Shown here: positions 37,536 to 50,680 of the stretch, piece after piece
Layout: each line of letters begins with the position of its first letter
Numbering within the stretch: position 1 is the stretch's first letter
Source: Chiloscyllium plagiosum
Taxonomy: Eukaryota
DNA length: 64,000 nt
Direction: 5' to 3'
NCBI RefSeq assembly: GCF_004010195.1
Contig: NC_057719.1
Location: forward strand, 81,072,682-81,136,681
Notes under the pieces: model-generated
The model's input: the letters and a program-made list of their open reading frames with translations, nothing else
Told to the model about the DNA's origin: nothing
Database searches by the model: none
Position numbers and translations under genes: made by a program

Positions 37536-38414
37536 TTTTTAAAACCTTAACTCTCCCTTCCCTCATCCTGATTAGATTAGATCCCATACAGTGTGGAAAC
37601 AGGCCCTTTGACCCAACAAGATAACCTAAAAACACAATATCGCACAGCATTTATACTGCAAAACTAAAATTTTGTGGTTGTTGCAAGTCTGAATTTAAAA
37701 GAGAAGATATTGGAAGGAAATCAAACAACGCTGGAAATCACAGCGGGTCACGCTATGTTCATGGAGAGCGAGCACACTAATGTTTCAAGTCGAGATGACT
37801 CTTCATCTCGACTCAATATTAGTTTGCTCTCTTTCCATAGATGCTGCCTGACTTGTGATTTCCAACGTTCGTTGTTTTCAGTACCTGCAGGTTCCAGTAT
37901 CTACAGTAATTTGCTCACAGATAATGGAAGGATATAGCTAGCTTAGTTAGCATCTGTGGAGAGGGAGAGTGACGCTGGACATTGACGGACACCATTGCTT
38001 TCATTAAGCCAAGACGAAATATAGAAAGAGTACATTTGGTCTTGTTATTATATGTGATGTAATGTTATGTAACTTTATTATTATTGATCATTGATTTCAT
38101 GTTAGTGTCTGCCCCTTCTGGCTAAAGTTTACTCACAACTATTCTAGACTTTCAGCTCTGGAAGTGTCTCCTTAAACATCTTCACCTCCTTTAAAATTTT
38201 CCTCAAAATCTCTCTTTGCCCAAACCTTTGGTCACCTGTTCTGGTATTTCTTTTTTTTTGTCAAATTGTGTCTGATTAAACTTCCATCAAAGGTTATCAG
38301 ATGTTCTGTTTCAGTGAAGGTGCTATGTATAAATGCAATTTGGTGTTGTGTCAGAAATTCAAAATAAAAGTTTAAGTAGCAAAATGAATGATCACCACTC
38401 TCTTATAATGACAC

Positions 38415-41400
38415 AATTTATGGATAACGGTTATTTTATTTAATTGTAGTACTCAATGTATTACATGTCTGTTCCTTCATAAGTCTTCACCAGTATAAAA
38501 AAAGAAAACAAAAACTTGTGCTACATGGGCTTGCAAAACACAAAAGACTGCAATCTATTATCAGCCTCCTAGAGTGAAAATCCAAAAATAAGTTTCATTA
38601 AAAAAATTAAAAACAAAACTTTTTTTTAATTCTGGACAGCAAAACAGTGCGTACTTTCATAAAGATGCATCTGTATTCAAAATCATTCACATACATACAG
38701 CAGTTTCACACACACTGCTTCCATACTGATTCCAGGTCACAGGCAGATGTTCACAGCGCAGCACAGACTGTGACTGACTCTTATAACAAGATGCTGATTA
38801 AAAAAGAATGCTGGATATGGTATTTGTTGTTAACACATTGGCTGTTTATTTGGTACTGGTTGATTGAAAACTTGGGCAATACTTGGAACTCTTAATTCCC
38901 TCTCATCTTTAGACTTGTAACTACTAACCAAAGCCACTGATGTCAGATGTACATCATCATTAGCTCCAAACCAAAGAACAAATGATTCACAAAAGCTGTG
39001 TCATGCTCATCATTTGTAAAACATATGCCAAAGGTCTTCTGGCTCCTGTTTCTGGAGATCAGCCTGAAAACTAAAGAGCTGTGGATGGGGTTTCATCGCC
39101 TTCTAATTCTGGGCAGAGACCAGTAAGGAAAGGGGAAAAAAAAAGGAAACAATAGAGAAATAATAGAGAAAACTTACATCACAAGAGACAAAAATTTTAA
39201 CACAAACATTGAAACCAGAAGCACAGTAGGGAAAAACAGGAATGAGTAACAGTAGAAAGAGCAATGAGAAAAAGTTCCAAGGAATAATAAAAACAAATAA
39301 AACAAAGAAAAAAGTAACAAAATTGCAGACAAAAACAGTAATAGCAGTGAAAGAATAAATGAGAAAACTAAAATAAGAAAAAAGTAAAAAAAAAAGGTAA
39401 GCTGTAAAGAATAAGTAAAACAAATAGGAGGAAGCTCAGAAAAGACTAATATTTGTTGGTAATGTGACCACTTTAAAAGGTTATTATTAAGCGGTTACAG
39501 TTTAGCAAGTGTCAGTGTAAAATCTCAAGTAAGTATTCATGATTACCATTAATGGACATTAAAAAGCTTCAAAGAGCATATTTGTAAGAGTCAGGTGGCA
39601 GTTAATTCCTCACCCTTAAAAAGAAGTGGGCATGTACCTGCATGTCTCGAAACAGTGCACATGGTGTTACACCAGCAACCTGTTTTCTAAGTCAACTGCA
39701 AACTTACTCAGCACTATAGTGCCAACATATTGTGCCAATATAAATACATCGCTCCAGGTTACTGAGCTATATTAGTAAAGTGGAATGGGTTTTGAGTCAC
39801 ATCCTGACTAGTGCATTCCATGATCACCATTTAGTGAGAAAGTGGCTTACCCTTATGCTTGTTGAAAAAAAGCTCAGGAAGAAGTGCAAAAAAAATGCAA
39901 AATGCACACAGGATGTTCTAGAACCAGTTAACATTTGGTATGCACTCAAGTGATGACATTGTGTTTTTGCAGCAGTTAAACTCTTATTACATGATCATTT
40001 AGTCTATAGCACCTCTAATTCATGTCCTTTGGAATTTAGCATCCAGTCCGGAACAAAATAGCACAAATGCACTTGATAAAACAATTTCCTTTTTTCTCCT
40101 CCAACATGGAAAGCATCATATCCAAGCATGATACCTTAAGGGACCTGTGCTGCTGACCCCACAGCCCAGATAAGCTTAGTGAACACAAAAGTACCAAACA
40201 GCAGAGATCAGTGGTTTTCGATATAGCCTGCCTGTGGATAAGTCCCACATCATAACACCTTTTCACAAAATCAATATTAAATGCTACATATTGAGCACTG
40301 GAGATGGAATGAGGATTTTGAGACTGGTAATATTACTTTTCCCTTAAAGAAAATAGCAGCATTTCAGGACCTGGAAGCAGTATGTGAATAACAGAGTTTG
40401 ACATTTACCGACAATGTAGAATTAGAGTAGTACCATTATAAACAATTGTATATTTCCACAGTCACAAAGCAGTCTTTAGTACATCAGGTTAATTCAGAAA
40501 TGGTATTGGATAAGCATTTTCATTTCTTTGCTCATATTAAGTAACATGGAAAATAAATTAGAAAAACAGTAGGTTTTTGAATGATCAATAGCACAGCTGT
40601 CAGTATGTGAATCCTAAATTCTCAGGTCTCCAATAATGGAGAGACCTTGCCCTCAATCCTGAAGACCTACACTATTATGCCAACACCTTTCAAAAGCAGC
40701 CATTTTGGTGGTTTCAATGATAAAGTTTTTTTTATTAAAGTTTGAGTGTGTATAGCATTGTTTTACTGATAGGGCTTCTTAGTGCATCAAGACTGATATA
40801 GAACGTTCTGGAATACCTACTTCCTTCCAATTTCCAAGCTCTTCCAGGGATTTACAACTTTTGAAACAAAAATCCTCCTCTCTTCCCTTGCCCCGTTAAT
40901 TTTCTTTTCTGAAGGTGTCGATTCTGTCTAGGGTACGATTCTGTGGACCATCTCACAGCTGAGCGCCTGCCCTTGGTTTTGGTGAGTTATTCACAAGGCA
41001 TCACGATCAAAGCTGACCCTGTTACACTTGACACACACATTCTCCTGAAGAGTGACTGAAGAGGGACAAGGAGCTGGAATGTTGGTAGATTTTCCTAAAC
41101 TAGGCATGCTACAGATAATTTATAATACCCCACTTTTAAGTTCTCCAGGAATCAAATAGCTCTATGCAAGCCATGCATCCAAGCAGAGGTCTCCTGTACA
41201 GCCAAGTATAATACAGGACAAGAATCTACTCATCCTGAGGGGGATTACTTAATTTATTCCCACTTTGAAGCATAGTGGAAAATTGAAGTGGTAGCAGTGA
41301 AACAAAATACAGGACATGAAGTAGAACAGACAGGATTGATTTGGCTGCCCAGTACACATCTGATCAATACTGTTTGACAGGTAGCTGAAATGATCTAACT

Positions 41401-43822
41401 TGCAACGTCCAATTTCACTCCCAATGAACTGAATAACCCTGTAAAAACTTTTAGTGCACTGAAAGTAAGGAATGAGGCAGCTACCTGGTTAAAGACTACA
41501 CATATCTAAGACACATTCTTACTTTTCTCAAGCCCTTCTAATTTGACCTTTGGAAATGGCCAAACATCACACACTCTTCTATTAACTAGTGGTAATAACC
41601 TTTGGAATAGACAACTGCCGAGAACCAAATTGTGAAAATGGTACTTATAATAAACTGGGTCAGAGATCTGAACTCACACAGGAAGCAGTAATGCAATAGA
41701 AACTGAATGCTTATACTTTGTGTTATGTAGCTTTGATGTAAGGCTAAATCTACATGAATGTATTATTACACAAAGGCATATAAACTAATGCAGAGATTAG
41801 TGGTCTAGCACCAGATACTGAAGATGGATGCCAGATTTTCCATATCTACAACTCATTTAAACTTCAAGACACTTAAAGATTCGCAGTATTACTTGTCACT
41901 TTTACACCTGCAATTTGATGCACTCTCAGGCATTAGTTTACAGGCAAATTAGACCCCGTAGGGAGAGCTCCTGACTTTGTCATGTTTTAAGGCAGGTGAG
42001 ATCCAATTAATTCCCAACCAGAATTATAACTTAAACACATTTTGGCACATTAAAACAAAAAGGTTCAAGGTATTTGCAAAAACAGAAAGCACACACAGTC
42101 AAGGTTAAACTTCATAATGAGATTATTAATATTTTCCAACATGTAGGAAATCAATGCAACATGGTTTATTTTCTGGTAAGCTACAAGCCTAATTTTGAAC
42201 CACATATTCTGACCTATGTAACATCATTTTAAAGCTCTTGTGCCAATACAAGGTATGGGGAAAGAAATTCATTCTGTTAAAAGCAAATGCCCTTTGGTGC
42301 TTGTAGTGCCAGATTTTGCACCATCACTGCACCAGTCAATATAAAACTGTACAACATAAGTTATTAGTGTCAAAACAAATGTCACTATGCACTCCCTCAA
42401 GAAATAACGTTCTTTTTCAGGAGGCCTAGTTAAATGCATAAAAATTATATTTTTAACTATCAAAGCTATGCTAACAAACTGTTATGTACACTGCAAACTT
42501 TCAGCAACACCACAGGGAAAAACAGCCACTTTTCCCTCTTCATTGATAGTTAGATACACTCAAATCAAACAGAGAATCTGAATGATTTACTGAATAGATC
42601 TATGTTACATTTGGGGGGAAAAAAAAAGTCCCATCCCCACCACCCTACCCACTCAAAAAATTAAAAGTTAGGAGTTAGAAATCTGTACAACCCAGGTTAT
42701 ATCACAAAATGAGGTTCAAAGCTGGATATCTGGGACAAATTGCCATGGTTCACTTGCAAGCGTGGTGAAAGCAAAGTCACAGAATTGCTGTGAGGGACAA
42801 AGTGTGGGAAAGATCTCAGCTCTTGTGAGTTTTTAAAAAATGTCTTGTTAGTCAACCACAAACTTCACCCATAAAGTGAATTTTTGAATAATGAATAAAC
42901 CACCATAAAAAAACATTAGAGCCTAATTAAAACATGGTGTGACAGTAATATAGGAAGTGCCTTTTATAGAATCACCACAGTGCAAATCAAACCCATTTGC
43001 CAGCTTACAAAGTTGAAGAAAGCTTTCAGTGGGGCAACCTCCAGGCTGAACAGCCGAGGCAGGGTCCCTTATTTGTCTGACTTGATAACAAGCACAATCC
43101 TCATGCCAAAGCCCTGCTCAGAATGGTAGTGAAGAGCCTGGATTAAGAAGTAAGGTTCTTAAAAAAAATAGGTACCAAATCAAATAACCATAAAGCAATC
43201 CTCTTCAGAAATCACGTGTTGAAGGCCCACTCCATACGTAGCCACTATTGAAGTTGTGGGGATTGGGGAGGTAAGAGGGGGACTGCAATGGCCATCTAGG
43301 CATTTAACAAACTTGCTCTCAAGATTCAGAATGCATTTACTGGGGGTGGGGTGCAGGGGTTGGGTGGTGTGCACTAGAGTCATGTGGACCACAAAATTGG
43401 TTTGCTGTAACAATATTTAATTGCAGTCAGTTTTGTTTTGGCCTACGTGGATGAGATATGGCTAAATTGTGGTTTACACTTCAATATGCAGACTTCACTT
43501 CTATCAAGAGCTGAAAAACAGGAAGCAATGGCCATAAGGAAACAGGGCAAATGGTTCACCTGAAATTACATCCATATGGCATCCTCCCCTTCCCACAGAA
43601 AAGAAAGTGCTGCATCATGCTCAGATAACCTTCTGATAAGGCTCATAAGGATATGCATTTTATTCCTTGCCTTAGATCATTGTTCTTAAGAAAAAAATGC
43701 AAAGCTCTGACACTGCACACAAGCAGCAGGCACCTCCAGTTCGAAATAGGTTCTTGGCACTGACTAGTTGCTGGCTCCTAGACCAGCTACAGGTTAAATA
43801 TTTCTTGCTTAGCTGGGAAGGT
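38415..43822 (-). other. PACS2: Probable long 3' UTR of PACS2
   Basis: Follows the stop codon directly; AT-rich and free of the repeat families seen elsewhere; minus-strand AATAAA at 38435-38440. The end point is inferred. Confidence 0.5.
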
Positions 43823-43941
43823 TTAGTAAGCGGATTTCAAATGGCCAAAGATGCCAATTGGGAAGTATTTCACATGAGAGGACCACTGAGCAGCAAGCTG
43901 GAAAAACTTCACATCGTTCCATTCCACTCCATCAATTGTTA
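43823..43941 (-). CDS. PACS2: PACS2 last coding exon
   Basis: ttccag acceptor; (V)[38 protein letters not shown]; phase 1 matches the upstream exon. Confidence 0.93.
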
Positions 43942-44056
43942 CTGGAAGAGAAACAGAAGAAACAGTGAGCAGGATGGACAACAATGTCTGTACTTGCTGT
44001 TGGGAAGAAAAAACAAACACTTAGATGAGAATCTATTTTGACATAATGTGTTATGA

Positions 44057-44372
44057 TTAGATTAGATTAGATTCCCTACAGTGTGGAAACAGGCCCTTCC
44101 GCCCAACAAGTCCACACCGACCCTCCGAAGAGCAACCCACCCAGATCCATTCCTCTGACTAATACACCTAACACTATGGGAAATTTAGCACGGCCAATTC
44201 ACCTGACCTGCACATCTTTGGATTGTGGGAGGAAACCAGAGCACCCAGGGGAAACCCATGCAGACACGGGGAGAATGTGCAAACTCCACACAGACAGTTG
44301 CCGGAGGTGGGAATTGAACCCGGGTCCCTGGCGCTGTGAGGCAGCAGTGCTAACCACTGAACCACCGTGCCG
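44057..44372 (-). mobile_element. HE1-like V-SINE in a PACS2 intron
   Basis: GGCACGGTGGTTCAGTGGTTAGCAC head on minus; (ATTAG)n tail. Confidence 0.88.
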
Positions 44373-44924
44373 TCATATTATGGTCTGGAATTCAGTCTGA
44401 AAGCTTAGTGGAAGGAGCTTCAATAGTAACGTTCAAAAGATACATACTTGAAAAGGAACACACTGCATAGCTAGTGGGAAAGTGCAAGGGGATGGAAGTA
44501 AATAAAATGGCTTTTCAAAGAACCAGTACAAGCCTTTGGCCCTGTGTGACTAATTAATGAATCAATAGGTAATCAACACCAAACCAACCCATGCTGTTAC
44601 CTGCTGGAGAGGAAGTGACTCCTGTTTGTATCTTGTATCAACTATAGGAAGATCCCTGCTTCAATTCACAGTGTTTTGAAGTGGGAGCAGATCCAAGGAA
44701 GTTTTCACCAACTATGCATTTTATATTAAAAGCCAAATTTCTAAGCAAGGAAAACTAAAACTGAAATACTCTAGTTTATTAGATAGGTCGCTAAAATTGT
44801 TAATTAGGCAAAAAATTGCTCTTTCCCATCAAGAGGGCGTATGCACAGGACATGAATCTCTACAAGGCGGAGTGAGAAGAATAGGGTTCAGCAAAACATA
44901 ACCTCGAAACTAACCATCATAGCT

Positions 44925-45510
44925 TCATGGTTGGAACTAAGATTCAGCTGTGATCTGGAGTAGCATTCTCACTTCACCCAAAAAAGTCCTGGATTTAAGC
45001 CCTAGTCACAAATCTCAAAATAAAGCAAAATACTGTGGATACTGGAAATCTGAAGTAAAAATTGAAAGTGCTGAAAAAGTGTAGGTGGTCTGGCAGCATC
45101 TGTGTTGTCAGAGAAACAGAGTTAATGTTTTGGGTCTGAAATTCTAAAATAAAAAAGGGGTCCTGTTTCTCTCTCCACATCTGCCAGATCTGCTGAGCTT
45201 AAAAGGTTGGCTGACATTTGCATTGCAGTACTGAGGAAGTGCTGCACTGTTAAAAGTCACCTTTGGATGTCATATTAAACTGTGAACATAAAAGAACACA
45301 AGTCAGAGTTCCTCAAACAACAATATTGAAAAAATGAAACTGTCTGGCCATTATTATAAGCTGTTTGTGTGATGTTACACTATGCCAATTGACTTCTGCT
45401 TTTCTTACATTACAAAAGTGACTACATTTAAAGTGCATTATTAGGTTTAATTTACTTGGAATGCCCTGAGTTTGTTAAAGGCACTACATAAATGTAAATG
45501 CTTCTTTACG
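44925..45510 (+). mobile_element. DeuSINE (SacSINE1-like) remnant with an insertion at ~45015-45200
   Basis: TGCAGTACTGAGGAAGTGCTGCACTGT resembles the Deu domain; tail ..AAAGGCACTACATAAATG. Confidence 0.65.
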
Positions 45511-45615
45511 TTCTCTCTGAAACATCATAACTGTGTATTTCACCACTGAACAACACTAAAAAAGCACTGTTGTGAGATGTTCTGCTGCTGTGAATCTAAT
45601 TTCCTTTTTTCTTAC

Positions 45616-45729
45616 CTCGCAGCATAGTCTGTTGCTGCTTTGCAGTACAGATCAATCGGCTGATGCCTTCAATCACTTGGCTCTTAGATTCCAATTCTTT
45701 GTCTTTTGCTTTCTTGGGCAAAAACATCA
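45616..45729 (-). CDS. PACS2: PACS2 coding exon (114 nt)
   Basis: tttatag / gtaaga; (V)[37 protein letters not shown]; phase 1-1. Confidence 0.93.
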
Positions 45730-45965
45730 CTATAAAGAAAGAATACAAACATACTTTTATAAATAACGAAACATTGATATTTGGAGGAACAGCTGCAAAT
45801 CCAAAAGCATTTCTACTATCAATTAACATATAATAGATTGATTAGTATGCCAACAAAGACCACCTTTCCATAAGAAGTAAAGGGGGCAGGCCAAATTAAA
45901 CACTGGTCCATCTTAGCAGCTACAATAGCAATTAAAAAGTCAGCCTGGTCTGTGCAATATCTTAC

Positions 45966-46198
45966 CCTTTTTGTTCTTCTCCTTTGTCACCACTGTCATA
46001 GACATTGTCGGCAGGGTTGTAACTTCTCCACCGCTTGGCAGTCTGCTGACCTGAAGGGAACGGAAGGTACACTTCAGTGTGTTCTTTGCTGTAGCATCCT
46101 TCTTCTCTGGATCCTTCTTCTTGTCAGCCAGCTGTTGTGCGATCCAGTAGTCAACCTGCAGTCCCATCAGTTCTCCACTGTGGCCAAGGCTCTGTGAA
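45966..46198 (-). CDS. PACS2: PACS2 coding exon (233 nt)
   Basis: catcag / gtaaga; [77 protein letters not shown]; phase 2-1; [17 protein letters not shown] is the PACS2-type wording. Confidence 0.95.
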
Positions 46199-46620
46199 CT
46201 GATGAGAGTCAAGTATCATGACATTACTGACTGCGAATGTACACATCAGTGCTCAGAAAAATCTCATCATTTAACAACACTGGTCATTTGGACTTGGCTG
46301 TCTATATTGAATGAACAAACAAGACTATGTGATAACTGTGAATTTGCAACAAATTTGAGACATGGATTGACCAATGTAATTCAACACAGGATCAGCTCTG
46401 CTGAATGTGTTCAGTGGGGTCGAGGAGCTCTCTCATAGGGAAGGAGGAAATTAAATAAATTAGAGGACAAGTAGATAACACTACTGTCACATGCCAGTGA
46501 GCAGTCATACAGCGAGAGGCAGGGGAAATAGTTACAAAAGGGAAGGTAAAACAGAATACAGACTTTGTTTTTAACATAGTTTAATTTCTTATGTAAAAAC
46601 AAAGAATGTGAATGCTGGAG

Positions 46621-47345
46621 ATCTACCTGCGACTCCACTTTTAAAGAGCTATGAACCTGCTCTCTAAGGTCTCTTTGTTCAGCAACACTCCCTCGGACCT
46701 TACCATTAAGTGTATAAGTTCTGCTAAGATTTGCTTTCCCAAAATGCAGCACCTTGCATTTATCTGAATTAAACTCCATCTGCCACTTCTCAGCCCATTG
46801 GCCCATCTGGTCCAGATCCTGTTGTAATCTGAAGTAACCCTCTTCGCTGTCCACTCCAATTTTGGTGTCATATTAGATTAGATTAGATTATTTACAGTGT
46901 GGAAACAGGCCCTTCGGCCCAACAAGTCCACACCGACCCGCCCGAAGCACAACCCACCCATACCCCTACATTTACCCCTTTTTTAACGTAACACTACGGG
47001 CAATTTAGCATGGCCAATTCACCTGACCTGCACATCTTTGTGACTGTGGGAGGAAACCGGAGCACCCGGAGGAAACCCACGCAGACACGGGGAGAATGTG
47101 CAAACTCCACACAGTCAGTCGCCTGAGTCGGGAATTGAACCCGGGTCTCTGACGCTGTGAGGCAGCAGTGCTAACCACTGTGCCACCGTGCTGCCCACCA
47201 TCTGCAAACTTACTAACTGTACATCTTATGCTCGCATCCAAATCATTTATGTAAATGACAAAAAGTAGAGGACCCAGCACCGATCCTTGTGGCACTCCAC
47301 TGGTCACAGGCCTCCAGTCTGAAAAACAACCCTCCACCACCATCC
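46621..47345 (-). mobile_element. CR1 RT fragment with a nested HE1-like SINE (46872-47198)
   Basis: [19 protein letters not shown] is interrupted by the SINE and resumes at DTK; CAT is duplicated at the junctions. Confidence 0.88.
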
Positions 47346-47389
47346 TTTACTGGTTTCGGCTATACCCACTCTGGTTTGAGACTTCATCA

Positions 47390-49260
47390 AAAAAAAAAGT
47401 CTAATAAATTAGACAAATTTCCCTTTCATGAAGTCACGCTGACTTTGGATTAAATTATTATTTTCCCAAAGGTGGTATTATTACTTCACTAATAATCGAT
47501 ACCAATACTTTTCCAAAAAACAATAATAAATGTCTGGCGAGTTGGCCTAGAGTTACCCACATTCTGCCTCCCTCCCTTTTTGAATTGGAGTGTCACAATG
47601 GCATTTTTCCAAATCCTCTGGTACTTCTTCAGAATCCAACAATTAACAACACTACAACCAATACACCCACTATCTCTGTAGCTACTGCTTTTAGGATGCT
47701 AGGATGCAAGGGGACATATATGCCTTTAGCCCCATTAGCTTGTCTGATACTACTACTTCAGCAATGGTGGTGGTCCTTAATTCCCCCCGGTATTCTTTAG
47801 TATTAATGGCACATTTGAAATATCCTCCCTGTAAAGATTGCTACAAAATAACTATTTAAATCCTCTGTCATTTCCATGATCCCGATAACTGTCTTTCCAG
47901 ATTCATTTTCTAAAGAGCCTCAGTTCACTTTGACATAGTTTCTTTTTGTAATTTAAAGAAGCTCTTACTATCAAGTTTTTATACTACTTGCTAATTTGCC
48001 CTCATACTTTATTTTCTCTGCCTCCTTTACTAGATTCTGAATTTACCTCCGTCTTCAGGGATATTTGGCCTCCTTATATACTATTTTCTTTGAACTTAAT
48101 ACTCACCTTAACTTCCTTGGTTAGCAATGGTTGGTTTATCCCTCTCACAGAATCTTTCCTCCTTATTGGGATGTATTTTTGCTGAGAGTAATGAATTACC
48201 TCCTTAAATGAATGCCACTGCTTGCTTACAGTCATTCCTGCTAATCCATCCATCCAGGTCACTTTAGCCAAAGAATCATTTCATTGTAATCCCCTTTAAG
48301 TTAAATATAGTTGTTTCCAATTCAAGTTTCTCATTCTTAAACTGAATATTAAATTCTATAATGTTATGATCACTACTGCCTAGGGGATCATTTACTCTGA
48401 GGCCATTTATTTAACTTGCCTCAATATTGATATCCAGATCATAGACAACTCCATGGTTGGCTGTATTTTGCTCTCGAAATCTATTCCTCATGCATTCGAT
48501 GAATTAGTTGTCATAGATACCCTTTCCCATCTGATTAACCTAATCAACAAGATTAAAGTCATCCATAATTATTGTTCTATTCTTTCTATATGCTCCTAAT
48601 ATTTGTTCATTTATAGTCTACTTTTTGGGGGTTTCTCACCACTGTCACCAAAGTCTTCTTTCCTTTGCTGTTTTGTTTCTACCCCTACCAAAATGGACTC
48701 TATATCACCCCCGCCTAGATTGTCTCTCAACATTTCATCCACTATTAACAGTGCTACTCTAACATCTTTTCCATCCCTCTAGGCTCTCTAAAAGGTCAAA
48801 TATCCTTGAATGATTAGTTCTCAGTTTTGATCTCCTTGTTACCATGTTTCTATAATGGTTTTGAGACCATAGTCATTTACCTCAATGTGCACCATCAATT
48901 TGTCCACTTTATTCCAAATTCTCCACGCATGAAGATGCAAAGCTTTTAAGTTTGTTCTATTATCAAATTTCCCTACATTTTTATGGTTCCTTGGAACAAT
49001 ATGACATTCACACCTTCTGCCCCTTCCTTTTGTTATTTTCTGGTGAACAATCAGCCCCATCACTAACCTGCAATCCTACCTTCTCCTTTATCTTTGATTT
49101 TAGAATTTTCCATGCAACTGAATACATCCTCACACTATTTCGTTTAAATCCCTATCCATAACCCTAGTTATGCAATTAATCAAGACTCTGGTCTCAGCAT
49201 GATTCAGGTGGAGCCAGTCCCATCAGAACAGCACCCTCCTTCCCCAGTACTGGTGTCAAT
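47390..49260 (-). mobile_element. Heavily decayed older CR1-like LINE (endonuclease/linker region)
   Basis: NLKALHLHAWRIWNKVDKL..IIETW (APE endonuclease start); QWHSFKEVI..QKYIP..PLLTKEVK. Confidence 0.65.
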
Positions 49261-49307
49261 GTTCAAACAGAGGAAGAAATGGGACTTTTGGCAAATAATA
49301 CATTTCA

Positions 49308-50106
49308 TAGAGAGATGTACAGCATGGAAACAGACCCTTTGGTCCAACCTGTCCATGCCGACCAGATATCCTAATCTACTCTAGTCTCTTTTGCCATCAT
49401 TTGGCCCATATCCCTCCAAACCTTCCCATTCATATACCCATCGAGCTGCATTTTAAATGTTGCAATTGTACCAGCCTCCACCACTTCCACTCATTCCATT
49501 CATGTAGCACCCTCTGAGTGAACAAGTTGCCCCTTAGATCTCTTTCATATCTTTCCCCTCTCTCACTAAACCTTTGCCCTCTAGTTCTGGACTACCCCAC
49601 CCCATGGAAAAGACTTTGTCTATTTATCCTATCCATGCCCCTCATGATTTTATAAACCTCGATAAAGTCACCCCTTAACCTCTGATGCTCCAGGGAAAAC
49701 AGCCCCAACCTATTCAACTCTCCCTATAGCTCAAATCCTCTAACCCTGGCAACATCCTTATAAATCTTTTCTGAACCCTTTCAAGTTTCACAACATCCTT
49801 CTGATAGGAAGGAGACCATAATTGCACGCAATATTCCAACAGTGGCCTAACCAATGTCCTGACCAGCCGCAACATGACCTCTCAATGCCTATACTCAAAA
49901 CACTGACCAATAAAGGAAAGCATACCAAACGCTGCCTTCATTATCTTATCCACCTGCCAATCTACTTTCAAGGAGCTATGAACCTACACTTCAAAGTCTC
50001 TTTGTTCAGCAACACTCCCTCGGACCTGACCATTAAGTGTATAAGTCCTGCTAAAATTTGCTTTCCCAAAATGCAGCACCTTGCGTTTATCTAAATTAAA
50101 CTCCAT
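49308..50106 (-). mobile_element. CR1 3' fragment
   Basis: Reverse complement of the 19729-20886 family; tail at ~49308. Confidence 0.9.
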
Positions 50107-50149
50107 CAAGTGGAATAGAATTGAAGGTTTTGGGGTGTTTTTGAAACAT

Positions 50150-50680
50150 GCGAGTCACACATACATGGGAGTGAGTCACACATACATGGGAGTGAGTTAC
50201 ACATACATGGGAGTGAGTTACACATTGGAATCTAATCGAATGGGTTCCGGGTGATTCATATAATCCCGACAGTGGGGAAACAAGCCCTTCAGCCCAACAA
50301 GACCACACCGACCCTCAGAAGAATAACCCATCCTGACCCATTTCCCCAAATTTACCCCTGACTAATGCACCTCACCTACACATCCCTGAACACTCTGGGC
50401 AATTTTAACAGGGTTTGGATTGGATGGTTAATATACAGACTAACAGATACCCAGGAGTGCGATCCAGACTGGAATCTAATCAAAGGATTGAGCTGGCTAA
50501 TGTACAGAGTCCCTTAAAAATGGAAGTCAGTTACAGATTGGAATTTTATCAAGGGGATTCGGGACGATTATGTGTAGAATAACAGAAACCCAGGAGTGAG
50601 CTGTAGACTGCAGTCAAATTTAGGGGATTCGGTGATTTACAAACAGAGCAACGGGATACGAGAGGGGAGAAAGCAGAGGA
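50150..50680. repeat. Degenerate tandem repeat (GGAGTGAGTTACA..ACTGGAATCTAATC..) with a local 20-bp triplication and a SINE fragment
   Basis: CACATACATGGGAGTGAGT x3; TGGAATCTAATC and AACAGATACCCAGGAGTG motifs recur. Confidence 0.6.

Noticed and set aside
39103..39423. Hydrophobic 106-aa ORF suggesting a membrane protein
   Set aside because: It is a low-complexity T-rich tract within the probable 3' UTR.
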